From: an uncultured Bacilli bacterium
GTDB lineage: Bacteria > Bacillota_I > Bacilli_A > RF39 > UBA660
Direction: 5' to 3'
Assembly (NCBI GenBank): GCA_934098745.1
Contig: CAKOPG010000005.1
Coordinates: 4,839 to 68,838 of the forward strand
Length of the DNA: 64,000 nucleotides
The notes under the pieces are model-generated. The model was not told where the DNA came from. It did no database searches and saw only the letters and a list, made by a program, of their open reading frames with translations. Every line of letters begins with the position of its first letter. Within the stretch, counting starts at the first letter, position 1. Below are positions 45,097 through 55,302 of this stretch, in pieces. A program made the position numbers and the translations under genes.

Positions 45097-45639
45097 TTAT
45101 AATCTCCTTATTTTTCTTAAAATTTCTGTCGGTTTATTGTAAGAAGTATTAATTATTTCATTTGCATTTTGTGGAAAATTTATTGAATCTCCAGAAATCA
45201 TACGTTTTTCTACTTCTTCTAAAGAAATTCCCCTAGCAACCAATCGATCATATCTGTCAGTATCATTACAATATAAGTGAACCCACATAACATCTATTTT
45301 TTCTTTTATTTTAGTAGCAATTGTAATTGAAACTGGTGTTGCGCAATAACCATTCATTGCCAAAAAACTTATCCAACTTTTGGGTGTTCCATAATAAACC
45401 CCTAGTTTTTTAAGTAATGCAAAATCTAAACTTTCTTCTAAATAAATACCATTTTTAAAGTTTTCTTCAAACTCTTCATTTGTTAAAAATATAGCATCCC
45501 TATTATTCTCTTCTCCAAGACGTGGTTTTCTAGTCATATGTGTTGGCAGATAAATATATTCTTCATTTACTGCTAAATTAATTAAAGTAGATTTTCCCGA
45601 AGCTGAAGCTCCAGTCACTATAAATGATTTATTTTTCAA
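45097..45639 (-). CDS. Guanylate-kinase-family nucleoside monophosphate kinase (TTG start)
   Basis: P-loop TGASASGKSTL, ..THMTRKPRLGEENNRDAIFLTNEEFE.., ..YGTP... Its stop lies 1 nt from the next gene's start. Confidence 0.65.
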   Translation of the reverse strand: MKNKSFIVTGASASGKSTLINLAVNEEYIYLPTHMTRKPRLGEENNRDAIFLTNEEFEENFKNGIYLEESLDFALLKKLGVYYGTPKSWISFLAMNGYCATPVSITIATKIKEKIDVMWVHLYCNDTDRYDRLVARGISLEEVEKRMISGDSINFPQNANEIINTSYNKPTEILRKIRRL

Positions 45640-45699
45640 TTTACATTTTCCTCCTTTTCTATATCATGGTTACGTTTAATTTTCCATGTAATGTTTATT

Positions 45700-45757
45700 T
45701 TTTAAAAACAAAGAAAAAGAGCTTTTTAGGGGGCATTCATCCCTTAAAAAGCTCTTT
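45700..45757 (-). terminator. Strong terminator after the ABC-F gene
   Basis: Long stem AAAGAGCTTTTTAGGG / CCCTTAAAAAGCTCTTT followed by a T-rich run on the minus strand. Confidence 0.7.
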
Positions 45758-45885
45758 GTAAACAAGTTCTTAATTTAGTACAATTACACGATTTTTTCCT
45801 AATCATATCTATCACCGCTCAAACACGAACATTATCTTAACATTAATTATAATTAATGTCAACAATATTTTTACAAATAATTTCT

Positions 45886-47520
45886 TTATTCAAAATATTT
45901 CTTTTGTAAATAATAAGTATAATTACCAAGATACTCTACTAATTTCTTATCTTCAATACTTACTATTTTATTACATACTTTATTGATAAAGTAACGATCA
46001 TGTGATACTAATAAAATAGTTCCCTGATAACTAGTTAATGCGTCTTCAAGAACCTCTAACGTCGTAATATCTAAATGATTTGTTGGTTCATCAAGAATTA
46101 TTACATTAGCTTTTTTAGTAATTAATTCTAAAAGTTTTAAACGAACTTTTTCCCCTCCTGATAATACTCCTACCTGTTTATATATTAAATCCCCATTAAA
46201 GAAATACTTAGCGAGTGTACTTCTCACGTGCGTTTCATCTAAATTTAAAAAGCTTTTTACATAATCATAAATAGTCTCTTTAGTATTTAAAAAAGTTATT
46301 TCTTGTGGAATATATCCAATATTTAAATTATTAGCCATCTTATTCTTCGGATCAAATAATTTATTTTCATAAACATTTAATATATATTTAATAAGCGTTG
46401 ATTTCCCGCTCCCATTAGGACCAATTAAAGCTACTTTTTCTTTATAATGAAGAGATATTTTAGCATTATCTAGTAGTATTCGTGAATCTATCTTTAAAGT
46501 AAGATTTTTAAACTCAAATATATCATTACTACTTCTTTTATCAACAGTAAAATTTATTGGTAGTTCCATTCTTTCACGTGGTTTATCCAAAAGTTCAATT
46601 TTTTCAAGACGTTTACGAATACTATTAGCTCGTTTAAAAAACATCCCTCCCTCCGGAGCAGCAAGACGACCAAATTCTTCCAATTGTTTAATTTTCTTCT
46701 CCATAGCTGTAATTAATTTTTGCTGATTTTGATAATCTTTAAATTCAATTAATTGACGATTTTCAAATTCTTTTTCATAATAAGTATAATTACCAAAATA
46801 AATATCACTTTTCCCATTTTCTATCAAAATTATTTTTGTAGCTACCCTATCAATAAAATAACGGTCATGTGATACAAAAAGAACAGTACCATTATATTTA
46901 CTTAAATATGCTTCAAGGGCTTCAATAGTAGCAATATCTAAATGATTTGTCGGTTCATCCAAAAGAATAATATCAGGATTTGATATTAAAATATTTGCTA
47001 GAGAAACAATTCTCTTTTCACCCCCAGAAAGATTATTAAAAGGTTTTTCTAATTGAGACTCTAAATTAAACATTTTAATAATTTTACCAAGTCTTTTAGT
47101 AAGACCATAATCATCCATCGCAAGATATTCTTCTTGAAGACGACAATATCTTAAAGTAACCTTATCAATATTGGGAGTACTAGGATCTTGCATTTTCTCT
47201 TCAAGAGACTTTAATTTAGCAGTTATTTCACTATAATCACTTGGAATATTTTTATCAAAAAGTTCCTTAACCGTTAATGATTCATCATAAACCGGTGCCA
47301 TTTGCGAAAGATAACCAACCGTCGCTCCTTTACGAATAGAAATAGATCCCGTTGTAGGAGTATCCACCCCTGAAATAAGATTTAAAATAGTAGTTTTTCC
47401 AGAACCATTAGGTCCCGTTATACAAATACGTTCTTTAGATTCTACTCCAAAAGAAATATCTGAAAAAATTTTATTTACACCATAATTTTTACTAATTTTA
47501 TTTATATTTATATCTATCAT
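45886..47520 (-). CDS. ABC-F family ATPase (two ABC cassettes, no TM domain); possibly a ribosome-protection (ARE) type
   Basis: Two Walker A motifs (GPNGSGKTT, GPNGSGKST), two signatures (LSGGEKR, LSGGEKV) and an interdomain linker. 544 aa. It is preceded by a leader peptide and attenuator. Confidence 0.8.
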   Translation of the reverse strand: MIDININKISKNYGVNKIFSDISFGVESKERICITGPNGSGKTTILNLISGVDTPTTGSISIRKGATVGYLSQMAPVYDESLTVKELFDKNIPSDYSEITAKLKSLEEKMQDPSTPNIDKVTLRYCRLQEEYLAMDDYGLTKRLGKIIKMFNLESQLEKPFNNLSGGEKRIVSLANILISNPDIILLDEPTNHLDIATIEALEAYLSKYNGTVLFVSHDRYFIDRVATKIILIENGKSDIYFGNYTYYEKEFENRQLIEFKDYQNQQKLITAMEKKIKQLEEFGRLAAPEGGMFFKRANSIRKRLEKIELLDKPRERMELPINFTVDKRSSNDIFEFKNLTLKIDSRILLDNAKISLHYKEKVALIGPNGSGKSTLIKYILNVYENKLFDPKNKMANNLNIGYIPQEITFLNTKETIYDYVKSFLNLDETHVRSTLAKYFFNGDLIYKQVGVLSGGEKVRLKLLELITKKANVIILDEPTNHLDITTLEVLEDALTSYQGTILLVSHDRYFINKVCNKIVSIEDKKLVEYLGNYTYYLQKKYFE

Positions 47521-47535
47521 ATTTACAATCCTTTC

Positions 47536-47650
47536 AAAATAAAAATCATATAAAGGTCCAACACCCTCATATGATTAAGGATGCAGGCACAACAAAAACT
47601 GTCATACCTGCTAACTATAATAGTTTATATTTAGTATTTGCAGGTATGAC
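47536..47650 (-). promoter_or_regulatory. Transcription attenuator: two tandem intrinsic terminators in the ABC-F 5' leader
   Basis: T1 is GTCATACCTGC (47650-47640) / GCAGGTATGAC (47611-47601) followed by AGTTTTTGTTG. T2 is ATCATATGAGG..CCTTTATATGAT followed by TTTTTATTTT (47577-47536). Confidence 0.6.
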
Positions 47651-47690
47651 TATGATAAACATACATGATTACATGGTTTACTGTATACAT
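47631..47690 (-). CDS. Putative 19-aa leader peptide (MYTVNHVIMYVYHSHTCKY)
   Basis: AAGGAGG lies 7 nt upstream of the ATG. The last codons overlap the 5' arm of terminator T1. A TTGACA-17-TATATT promoter lies upstream. Confidence 0.5.
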   Translation of the reverse strand: MYTVNHVIMYVYHSHTCKY

Positions 47691-47801
47691 AGTCACGCCT
47701 CCTTTCTTTGTTTAAATATATCATAACTTATAATTATTGTCAAACAATATATTTATCCCCAAAGAAAAAAATAGTAAAGTCTATTCTTTACTATTTTACG
47801 T

Positions 47802-49508
47802 TTACGATGGACATGATGCCTGAATATTTTTAATATCATTTTTATAATCATTATTTAATTTATTTAACTTATATTTATATTCTTCACATTTACCTACATA
47901 AACTTCCTTTTGATAATCATACATTCTAGATATTTCACACTTCTCATCTAATTCTTGTAAATCCCCACGTAAGTCCTCTACTTTTTTATAATATTGATTA
48001 AGTTTAGCTTGACTTTTTCCTGAAGTATCCATAGAAAGTCTCCTAATTTGTGACATATAATCAGATATCTGATTATTTATTGAATTTCTTCTACTAGCAC
48101 AAGTTGATTCTGAAATATAACCACCCGAATTATTAACAATTCTATATCTCTCTTCATAATCATATTTAGCACTTGCTATTTCTGGCTCATATTGATTTTT
48201 TAAATCATTATAATCACTACTATACTGTTTTTCTCTATCGGATATTTTTAAAGCACATTCTTTTTTCTTAGCTTCTAATTCTTTATCTTTACTATCATCC
48301 TTGTTATCATTCTTATTATTGTTTTGATTATTATTATTCTGACTATTATCATTATAATCATTATTTATATTTGTATTAGGTATATACTCAGGAATATTTA
48401 TATCAAAATTTTTATTATTATCATTAAATTCATCATTATTATTAATACCTTCATCTTGAATATTTATATTATCTTCTTTATTATCCATCCCTTGAAATAA
48501 AGATAGTTCTTGCTTATTATTATTTTTACTCAAATAGAATAAAGTTAAATATTTCTCTCTATTCTTAGGATTAGCAATATATCCCATCTTACTATTCTTA
48601 TCTATTACTTTATACCAATTATAAGCATTACCTGTTTTAATATCTACAACTTGATATATATCGTTCTCAATTACTTTGCCTATTTTATCTGCTGACGTTT
48701 TTGGTTCTTTCCTTACATTAATAAAATCATTTATTACCTTTACATATAAAATTTTATCTTCTTTAATTTGTGTTATACTAGTTAATCTATCCGCTGGTAT
48801 ATCTCCGATATTTTTTTTATCAGTAAATTTTATCGTAGTAAATATTAATCCCCCTAATACTAAAGCCATTAAAACAAAATATCCAATTATTTCTATTTTA
48901 GAATCTTTTGCTTTACTAAATTCTTCTTCTATTTTTTTATTCTCTTCATTATACTTATCAACTAAAAATTCATCTACATCTATCACTTCTTCTTTTAAAG
49001 AAGAATTAATACGTATAAATATTAAACTAGCCGTAAGTATATACATTAAAGAATAGAGCCAAGTAAGTGCTACTCCCCTAAGAGTTACCTTATAAGAAAT
49101 ATATATAAATATTCCTAAAGCTAACATATATCCAACTTTAGCTATCTTGGCCATTTTTTTTGATATCATTGATAAAATGAATCCTCCAAATATAAAAAGA
49201 CCATAAAAAACAAGTTTCTTTATAATATCACTAACTATATTATTATAATATAATTTCATAATACTATAACTTCCATCATAACTACTACCAAATTTAATGG
49301 AAGATACAAGTAAAATAAATAATATAAAAGATATTATAAATATAATTAAGATATTCCTAACACATAATTTTTCCTTTAATATCTTAACCTCTACTAAATT
49401 ATTATCTTGTATCTCATCTTCTTTATCTATTGGACATCCACAATTAGGACAAGATAAAGCCCTATCACTAATTTCATGACCACATTCAGAGCATTTTATT
49501 AAAGCCAT
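47802..49508 (-). CDS. Zinc-ribbon / multi-TM / SH3b-like / coiled-coil protein
   Basis: N-terminal CSECGHEISDRALSCPNCGC, TM helices, an SH3_3-like segment (..VRKEPKTSADKIGKVIENDIYQVVD..), an N/D-rich linker and a C-terminal coiled coil. Confidence 0.55.
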   Translation of the reverse strand: MALIKCSECGHEISDRALSCPNCGCPIDKEDEIQDNNLVEVKILKEKLCVRNILIIFIISFILFILLVSSIKFGSSYDGSYSIMKLYYNNIVSDIIKKLVFYGLFIFGGFILSMISKKMAKIAKVGYMLALGIFIYISYKVTLRGVALTWLYSLMYILTASLIFIRINSSLKEEVIDVDEFLVDKYNEENKKIEEEFSKAKDSKIEIIGYFVLMALVLGGLIFTTIKFTDKKNIGDIPADRLTSITQIKEDKILYVKVINDFINVRKEPKTSADKIGKVIENDIYQVVDIKTGNAYNWYKVIDKNSKMGYIANPKNREKYLTLFYLSKNNNKQELSLFQGMDNKEDNINIQDEGINNNDEFNDNNKNFDINIPEYIPNTNINNDYNDNSQNNNNQNNNKNDNKDDSKDKELEAKKKECALKISDREKQYSSDYNDLKNQYEPEIASAKYDYEERYRIVNNSGGYISESTCASRRNSINNQISDYMSQIRRLSMDTSGKSQAKLNQYYKKVEDLRGDLQELDEKCEISRMYDYQKEVYVGKCEEYKYKLNKLNNDYKNDIKNIQASCPS

Positions 49509-49520
49509 TACTTCCACTTC

Positions 49521-50042
49521 CTATTTATTTTCATCTTCTTCTGTTTCTAATAATTTCATAATTTTATTTTGATTACTAATTATTTTTTCCATCTTATCAT
49601 GTAATTCTTCTAATATTAATTCACTCTTTAAATCTGTTCGATAATCATTTTGACTTCGTATACTATCCTTTTTAGCAGCTCTATTCTGACTCATCATAAT
49701 AACCGGAGCCTGTAAAGCCGCTATACAAGATAAAACTAAATTAAGTAATATAAATGGATATGGATCTAAATCCTTAAAAGCATATATATTAAGAACTATC
49801 CAAATAATTAAAAATAAAGTAAAACCAATAATAAAAGTCCAACTACCGGCAATTTCTGTTAACTTATCTGCTATCTTATCTCCAGATTTTTCATTTTCTT
49901 TATCTTGCTTATCGACATCTATTGCTATAGGTTTATCAACAAGCATTTCTATTAATTGTTCTTCATCTTCTGTTTCTAAATTTTGATTTAATAACATCTT
50001 CACTATCTCTTTTTTTGTTTTTTTCTTTTCCATCATTATCAC
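49521..50042 (-). CDS. DUF1003-family membrane protein
   Basis: ..GSWTFIIGFTLFLIIWIVLN..DPYPFILLNLVLSCIAALQAPVIMMSQNR... Confidence 0.65.
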   Translation of the reverse strand: MIMMEKKKTKKEIVKMLLNQNLETEDEEQLIEMLVDKPIAIDVDKQDKENEKSGDKIADKLTEIAGSWTFIIGFTLFLIIWIVLNIYAFKDLDPYPFILLNLVLSCIAALQAPVIMMSQNRAAKKDSIRSQNDYRTDLKSELILEELHDKMEKIISNQNKIMKLLETEEDENK

Positions 50043-50046
50043 TACC

Positions 50047-50760
50047 TTATATTTTTTCTAAAAATTCTTTTAATCTTTCATTTGAAGTATTTTCAAATAC
50101 CTCTTCCTTAGTACCCGCAAAAGATATATAACCATTTTCTAAAAATAAAACTTTTGTCGCACAATTCTTAATAAAATTCATTTCATGAGAAACTATTATC
50201 ATCGTTATTCCTTTATCCACAAGACTCTTTATTAAATCCATAACATCACTAACCATTTCTGGATCTAAAGCAGAAGTTGGTTCATCAAATAAAATTATTT
50301 CTGGATCCATCATAAGTGTCCTAATAATAGCTACTCTTTGTTTTTGCCCTCCAGATAACTCACTAGGATAACTATTTACCTTATCACTTAACCCAACATC
50401 TTTAAGTAGTTTCATAGCTTTCTTTTTTGCATCATCTAAAGACATTATTTTAAGATTAACTGGGGCCAATATCATATTTTCCATAACTGTTAAATGAGCA
50501 AACAAATTAAATTGTTGAAAAACCATTCCCATCTTTTGTCTAACTACAGATAAATTATTCTTAGTAATATCTTGATTATCTAATATAACTTTACCAGATG
50601 TTGGTACTTCTAACATATTAATACATCTAAGTAAAGTACTTTTCCCACATCCCGATGGTCCTATAATAGATACTACTTCTCCTTTGGAAACATTAAAACT
50701 GATTCCCTTTAATACTTCTAACTTACCAAACTTCTTTTTTATATTCTTAACCTCTAACAT
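50047..50760 (-). CDS. Polar amino-acid ABC transporter ATP-binding protein
   Basis: GPSGCGKST, LSGGQKQRVAI, ILFDEPTSALD. 237 aa. Confidence 0.9.
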   Translation of the reverse strand: MLEVKNIKKKFGKLEVLKGISFNVSKGEVVSIIGPSGCGKSTLLRCINMLEVPTSGKVILDNQDITKNNLSVVRQKMGMVFQQFNLFAHLTVMENMILAPVNLKIMSLDDAKKKAMKLLKDVGLSDKVNSYPSELSGGQKQRVAIIRTLMMDPEIILFDEPTSALDPEMVSDVMDLIKSLVDKGITMIIVSHEMNFIKNCATKVLFLENGYISFAGTKEEVFENTSNERLKEFLEKI

Positions 50761-51439
50761 TATTAATTCTCCTCTCCATAAGATTTACTAATTTGGAAAG
50801 GCCTAATGTCATAATTAAATATATTATAGCAATAATTATTAATGGGAAAAAATAATCATATGTTCTTGAAGCTATTATATCTGAAGCTTTTGTTAATTCT
50901 ATAATTCCAATATAAGCTCCTACCGAAGTTTCTTTAAGTAAAGTAATAAATTCATTTCCTAAAGCTGGTAAAATATTTTTAATAGCCTGTGGTAAAATAA
51001 TTAATTTCATAACTTGTCCATAATTAAGTCCTAAAGCAAGTCCTGCTTCCCTTTGCCCCTTATCTATAGAATTAATTCCTGATCTAATAATCTCTGCTAC
51101 ATAAGCCCCCGAATTTATTCCAAAAGCAATTATTCCTACTAAAACAATATTTATATCAACCGTTTTAAATATAACATAATATATAATCATTAACTGTAAT
51201 ATTACTGGAGTTCCCCTAATTATATTAATATATCCTAAAGCAATTCCATTTAATAACTTTCCCCTCTTATTTACTTCATAATTATTTCTAATTATCGCTA
51301 GAAAAGTACCGATAACTATTCCTATTAATACTGCAAATAAAGCCATAATTATCGTATTAAATAATCCCTCTAAAATATATCTATATCTATTATCATATAT
51401 TAAAGTCTTATATAAAGAATCTCCCATACTCATTATCAT
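50747..51439 (-). CDS. Polar amino-acid ABC transporter permease
   Basis: Multi-TM protein with the EAA-loop region ..IDKGQREAGLALGL... Confidence 0.85.
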   Translation of the reverse strand: MIMSMGDSLYKTLIYDNRYRYILEGLFNTIIMALFAVLIGIVIGTFLAIIRNNYEVNKRGKLLNGIALGYINIIRGTPVILQLMIIYYVIFKTVDINIVLVGIIAFGINSGAYVAEIIRSGINSIDKGQREAGLALGLNYGQVMKLIILPQAIKNILPALGNEFITLLKETSVGAYIGIIELTKASDIIASRTYDYFFPLIIIAIIYLIMTLGLSKLVNLMERRINNVRG

Positions 51440-51448
51440 ACTATCTTC

Positions 51449-52168
51449 CTACTTAGATGTATGTTTTATAACATATTCATCTATCTTTCCTTCTTCTTTA
51501 AGCCTATTTAATACCCTATTAATTACTTCAAGTAATTCTGTATTTCCTTTTTTAACAATCATCCCATAACTATCACTAGTTAATTCTTCTTCCAATATTT
51601 TTAATTCCTCATTTGTCTTAACTATCTCTTTAGCAGGTAATTCATCCATAACAATAGCATCTACCTTAGAAGCCTTCAAATCTTCTACTGCTGCTAAATA
51701 TTTCTTTTGCCTAACTATTGTTACTCTCTTATAATTACTTGTAATAAAAGTATCTCCAATACTACCAAGTTGAACGGCTATTTTTTTATTATTAATATCC
51801 GTAATATCATTAATACTACTATCTTTTCTAACAACTACTACTTGTCTTGATACTGAATAATTAATAGAAAAATCTACCTCTTTTGCCCTTTCTTCATTAT
51901 AACTTATTCCCGCTGCTCCAAATGAAGCCTTACCACTCTTTACTTCATTAATAATTGAATCAAAAGCTACATCTTTAACCACTAATGTCTTTCCTAATTC
52001 ACGAGCTATCTCATTAGCTATATCAATATCAACACCTACAATTTTTCCCCCGTCATAGTATTCATATGGTTTAAAACCTGCTTCTGTTACCATTATTAAT
52101 TCATTCTCACTTTTAGAACAACCTGTTATAAGTAATATTCCTATTATCAAAAGTAATATCTTCTTCAT
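51449..52168 (-). CDS. Amino-acid ABC transporter substrate-binding lipoprotein
   Basis: Lipobox LITGCS and SBP family-3 architecture. Confidence 0.8.
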   Translation of the reverse strand: MKKILLLIIGILLITGCSKSENELIMVTEAGFKPYEYYDGGKIVGVDIDIANEIARELGKTLVVKDVAFDSIINEVKSGKASFGAAGISYNEERAKEVDFSINYSVSRQVVVVRKDSSINDITDINNKKIAVQLGSIGDTFITSNYKRVTIVRQKKYLAAVEDLKASKVDAIVMDELPAKEIVKTNEELKILEEELTSDSYGMIVKKGNTELLEVINRVLNRLKEEGKIDEYVIKHTSK

Positions 52169-52241
52169 ATACCTCTCCCTATTATAAATAAATTATATCA
52201 CGTATCCATGTTTTCTTAAACACTTTTCATAAAATACAGTT

Positions 52242-53906
52242 TTAAAATATTCCTACTATATTTCCCTTTTCATCTACATCTATCTTCGTAGCCGCTGGTT
52301 CTTTGGGTAATCCCGGCATTGTCATAATTTTTCCTGCCATAACTACAATAAATCCTGCTCCATTCTTAACTTCAACACTTCTTATGGTTATATTATAATC
52401 ATTTAAACATTCTAAATTATGTGGATCATCTGAAAAAGAGTATTGTGTCTTAGCTATACATATTGGATAATTACCAAATCCAAGTCTTTCTAATTCATCT
52501 ATCTCTCTAAGAGCCTCTTCTGAGTATTCCACATCATTAGCATAATATATCTTCGTAGCTACTTTCTTAATCTTTGTCTTAATATCATCAGTCAATTCGT
52601 ACATATAATTTAAACTTGCCGGTTTTTCTGATAAAGATACTACCTTTTGCGCTAAATCTACCGCTCCCATTCCACCATCTACATAACTTGTAACAACACT
52701 AAGTAGTACACCCTTTTCTTCTAATTTTTGTCTTACAAAATCTATTTCTTTATCACTATCTTGATTATACTTATTCAAAGCTACCACAATATTTAAACCA
52801 AACTTAGCTCTTATATTATCAATATGCCTATATAAATTATCCATTCCCTTAGCTATTGCTTCTATATTCTCTTTAAATACCTCATCCTTTAATACTCCAC
52901 CATGATATTTTAAAGCCTTAATCGTTGCCACTATTACTACTACCGAAGGTCTTATTCCCATTTGTCTACATTTTATATCTAAAAACTTCTCACATCCTAA
53001 ATCAGCTCCAAAACCAGCCTCTGTAACAACATAAGGACTTAATTTTAAAGCCATATTTGTTGCCATAATACTATTACATCCATGAGCTATATTTGCAAAA
53101 GGCCCCCCATGTACTAAAGCCGGAGTATGTTCTAAAGTTTGTACCAAATTAGGTCTTAAAGCATCCTTTAAAATAGCTGTCATACTTCCTTCAGCCTTCA
53201 AATCTTTAGCATATATTGGCTTACCAGCCTTATTATAACCAATAATAATTCTCCCCAGTCTATTCTTTAAATCAACAAGATCTGTTGATAGACACATAAT
53301 AGCCATTATCTCGGAAGCCACTGTTATATCAAATTTATCCATTCTTTTATGAATATTTTTCTCATCTGACAAACCCGTCTCCACGATTCTTAATTGCCTA
53401 TCATTCAAATCCAAACATCTCTTCCAAACAACTCTTTCTATTCCTAATTCATTTCCAAAATAAATATGATTATCAATCATTGCTGAAAGTAAATTATTAG
53501 CGGTAGTCATTGCATGAATATCTCCTGTAAAGTGTAAATTAATATCTTCCATTGGAGCTATCTGTACCATTCCACCACCTGTAGCACCACCCTTAATTCC
53601 AAACACAGGTCCTAAAGAAGGTTCACGTAAAGCTAAAATAGCCTTCTCATTAATTTTTCTAAGACCATCGGCTAAAGCTATTGATATCGTTGTTTTACCT
53701 TCACCTAAAGGTGTTGGACTGATTGCTGTTACCAAAATAAGTTTTCCTAATTCTTTATCACTTAAATATTTATCTATTCCCTTATCTATCTTACACTTAT
53801 ATCTTCCATATAAAACAATATCATTATCTCTAATACCTAAACCTCTTGCTATTAAAGAAATATCTTTTAATTTAGTTTTTCTAGCAATCTCTATATCACT
53901 CATCAT
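52242..53906 (-). CDS. fhs: Formate--tetrahydrofolate ligase
   Basis: ..SDIEIA.., ..PTPLGEGKTT.., ..FANIAHGCNS... 554 aa. Confidence 0.95.
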   Translation of the reverse strand: MMSDIEIARKTKLKDISLIARGLGIRDNDIVLYGRYKCKIDKGIDKYLSDKELGKLILVTAISPTPLGEGKTTISIALADGLRKINEKAILALREPSLGPVFGIKGGATGGGMVQIAPMEDINLHFTGDIHAMTTANNLLSAMIDNHIYFGNELGIERVVWKRCLDLNDRQLRIVETGLSDEKNIHKRMDKFDITVASEIMAIMCLSTDLVDLKNRLGRIIIGYNKAGKPIYAKDLKAEGSMTAILKDALRPNLVQTLEHTPALVHGGPFANIAHGCNSIMATNMALKLSPYVVTEAGFGADLGCEKFLDIKCRQMGIRPSVVVIVATIKALKYHGGVLKDEVFKENIEAIAKGMDNLYRHIDNIRAKFGLNIVVALNKYNQDSDKEIDFVRQKLEEKGVLLSVVTSYVDGGMGAVDLAQKVVSLSEKPASLNYMYELTDDIKTKIKKVATKIYYANDVEYSEEALREIDELERLGFGNYPICIAKTQYSFSDDPHNLECLNDYNITIRSVEVKNGAGFIVVMAGKIMTMPGLPKEPAATKIDVDEKGNIVGIF

Positions 53907-54481
53907 TACCCTCCATTATATAAATCATACCTAAAAATATAATTAATTATATCTCTATCTAAATATTTATCTAACTTATCTCTTTCTCTATTACTAATAA
54001 ACTTTCTTATCATCTTAGATGATATATCCATCTCATTAAAACCATTAACTATAATAAATTTCTCTCTCTTATCAAATTTATATATATATTTATCTATATC
54101 TATATTATCTCTTGGTACAACTATTATCTCATAATTAAATAATTCTGAAACATTCATCCACTTATCAAAACTTAAAATATTATCTGCCCCAATAATCAAA
54201 TATAATTTATCACTCTTATACTTATTACTTAATTCTCTCATAATCATATACGTATATTTTAAACTATTTAATTTATCATTAATTTGAATATTCTTATCTT
54301 GATAATATCTAAGCATCTCTATACGATATTTAACATCTATTAAATCTAACTTATCCCAGTAATTACCTGTTGGTATTATTTCTACCATATCTACATAATT
54401 ATTTAAAATTAAATAATTAACCAGTGCTATATGCCCCTTATGTACTGGATCAAAACTTCCTACATATATTCCTCTTCTCAT
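53906..54481 (-). CDS. nadD: Nicotinate-nucleotide adenylyltransferase
   Basis: GSFDPVHKGH motif and ..ISSKMIR... 191 aa. Confidence 0.85.
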   Translation of the reverse strand: MRRGIYVGSFDPVHKGHIALVNYLILNNYVDMVEIIPTGNYWDKLDLIDVKYRIEMLRYYQDKNIQINDKLNSLKYTYMIMRELSNKYKSDKLYLIIGADNILSFDKWMNVSELFNYEIIVVPRDNIDIDKYIYKFDKREKFIIVNGFNEMDISSKMIRKFISNRERDKLDKYLDRDIINYIFRYDLYNGG

Positions 54482-55233
54482 TATTTATCCTTCATATACA
54501 TAGGTATATTAAATTTATGCCTACTTCCTTTATGCATTTTCTCTATCTTCTTAGATACATTCTCATTACTAACATATCCCCGGTACATATATTCTTCGAT
54601 CTCTTTATAACTTACCCCCATCTTATCTTCATCACTCATCTTAGATAATCCATCACTTGGTACTTTATATAATATATCACTTGGTACATTTAGTAATTCC
54701 CCTAATTTAATTACTTCAGATACTGTTAAATCACCTAGTAAAGATATATCATATACCGAATCTCCCCCTTTAGTAAAATAACCAACATATAATTCACACT
54801 TATTTGAAGTACCTACTACCAAATATTTCTTTTTAGTAATACTAGTAAGTAAAGAAGCCATATAATAACAACTAGCCATTCTTAATTTAGGTTTTAAATT
54901 AATATCACTATCAAGTGTATCTTCCTCCTTAAAACTTACTTCTTTTCTTACCTCTTCCTTAAAAACATCAAATACGCCTGTTAAATCAATATTATATAAC
55001 TTAAATCCATAATAATCGCTTATTTTTTTTGCATCTATTCTATCTGTTTTTAAAGAATGACATGGTAAAGTTAAACCAACAACATTCTCACACCCTATAG
55101 CCTTGCACATCAAAGCCGAAGCTACTGCTGAATCTTTACCACCACTTATTCCTAATACACAACCAGATAAATCATACTTATTATAATAATCTCTAATAAA
55201 CTTTATTATTCTATTTAATTCATGTTCCATCAT
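54481..55233 (-). CDS. nadE: NH3-dependent NAD+ synthetase
   Basis: PP-loop SGGKDSAV. 250 aa. Confidence 0.85.
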   Translation of the reverse strand: MMEHELNRIIKFIRDYYNKYDLSGCVLGISGGKDSAVASALMCKAIGCENVVGLTLPCHSLKTDRIDAKKISDYYGFKLYNIDLTGVFDVFKEEVRKEVSFKEEDTLDSDINLKPKLRMASCYYMASLLTSITKKKYLVVGTSNKCELYVGYFTKGGDSVYDISLLGDLTVSEVIKLGELLNVPSDILYKVPSDGLSKMSDEDKMGVSYKEIEEYMYRGYVSNENVSKKIEKMHKGSRHKFNIPMYMKDK

Positions 55234-55302
55234 ATCACATACCTTTATTTAATTGTAACAAAATACCCTTATAAAGTCTATAATATATAGAAAAAAAGAG
55301 AA

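Noticed and set aside
48290-48480. A run of ATT/GTT-rich short repeats as a possible tandem-repeat or contingency locus.
   Set aside because: It encodes the N/D/K-rich low-complexity linker of the 568-aa zinc-ribbon/SH3b protein. The repeats are imperfect, with no clear unit and no frame-disrupting homopolymer.
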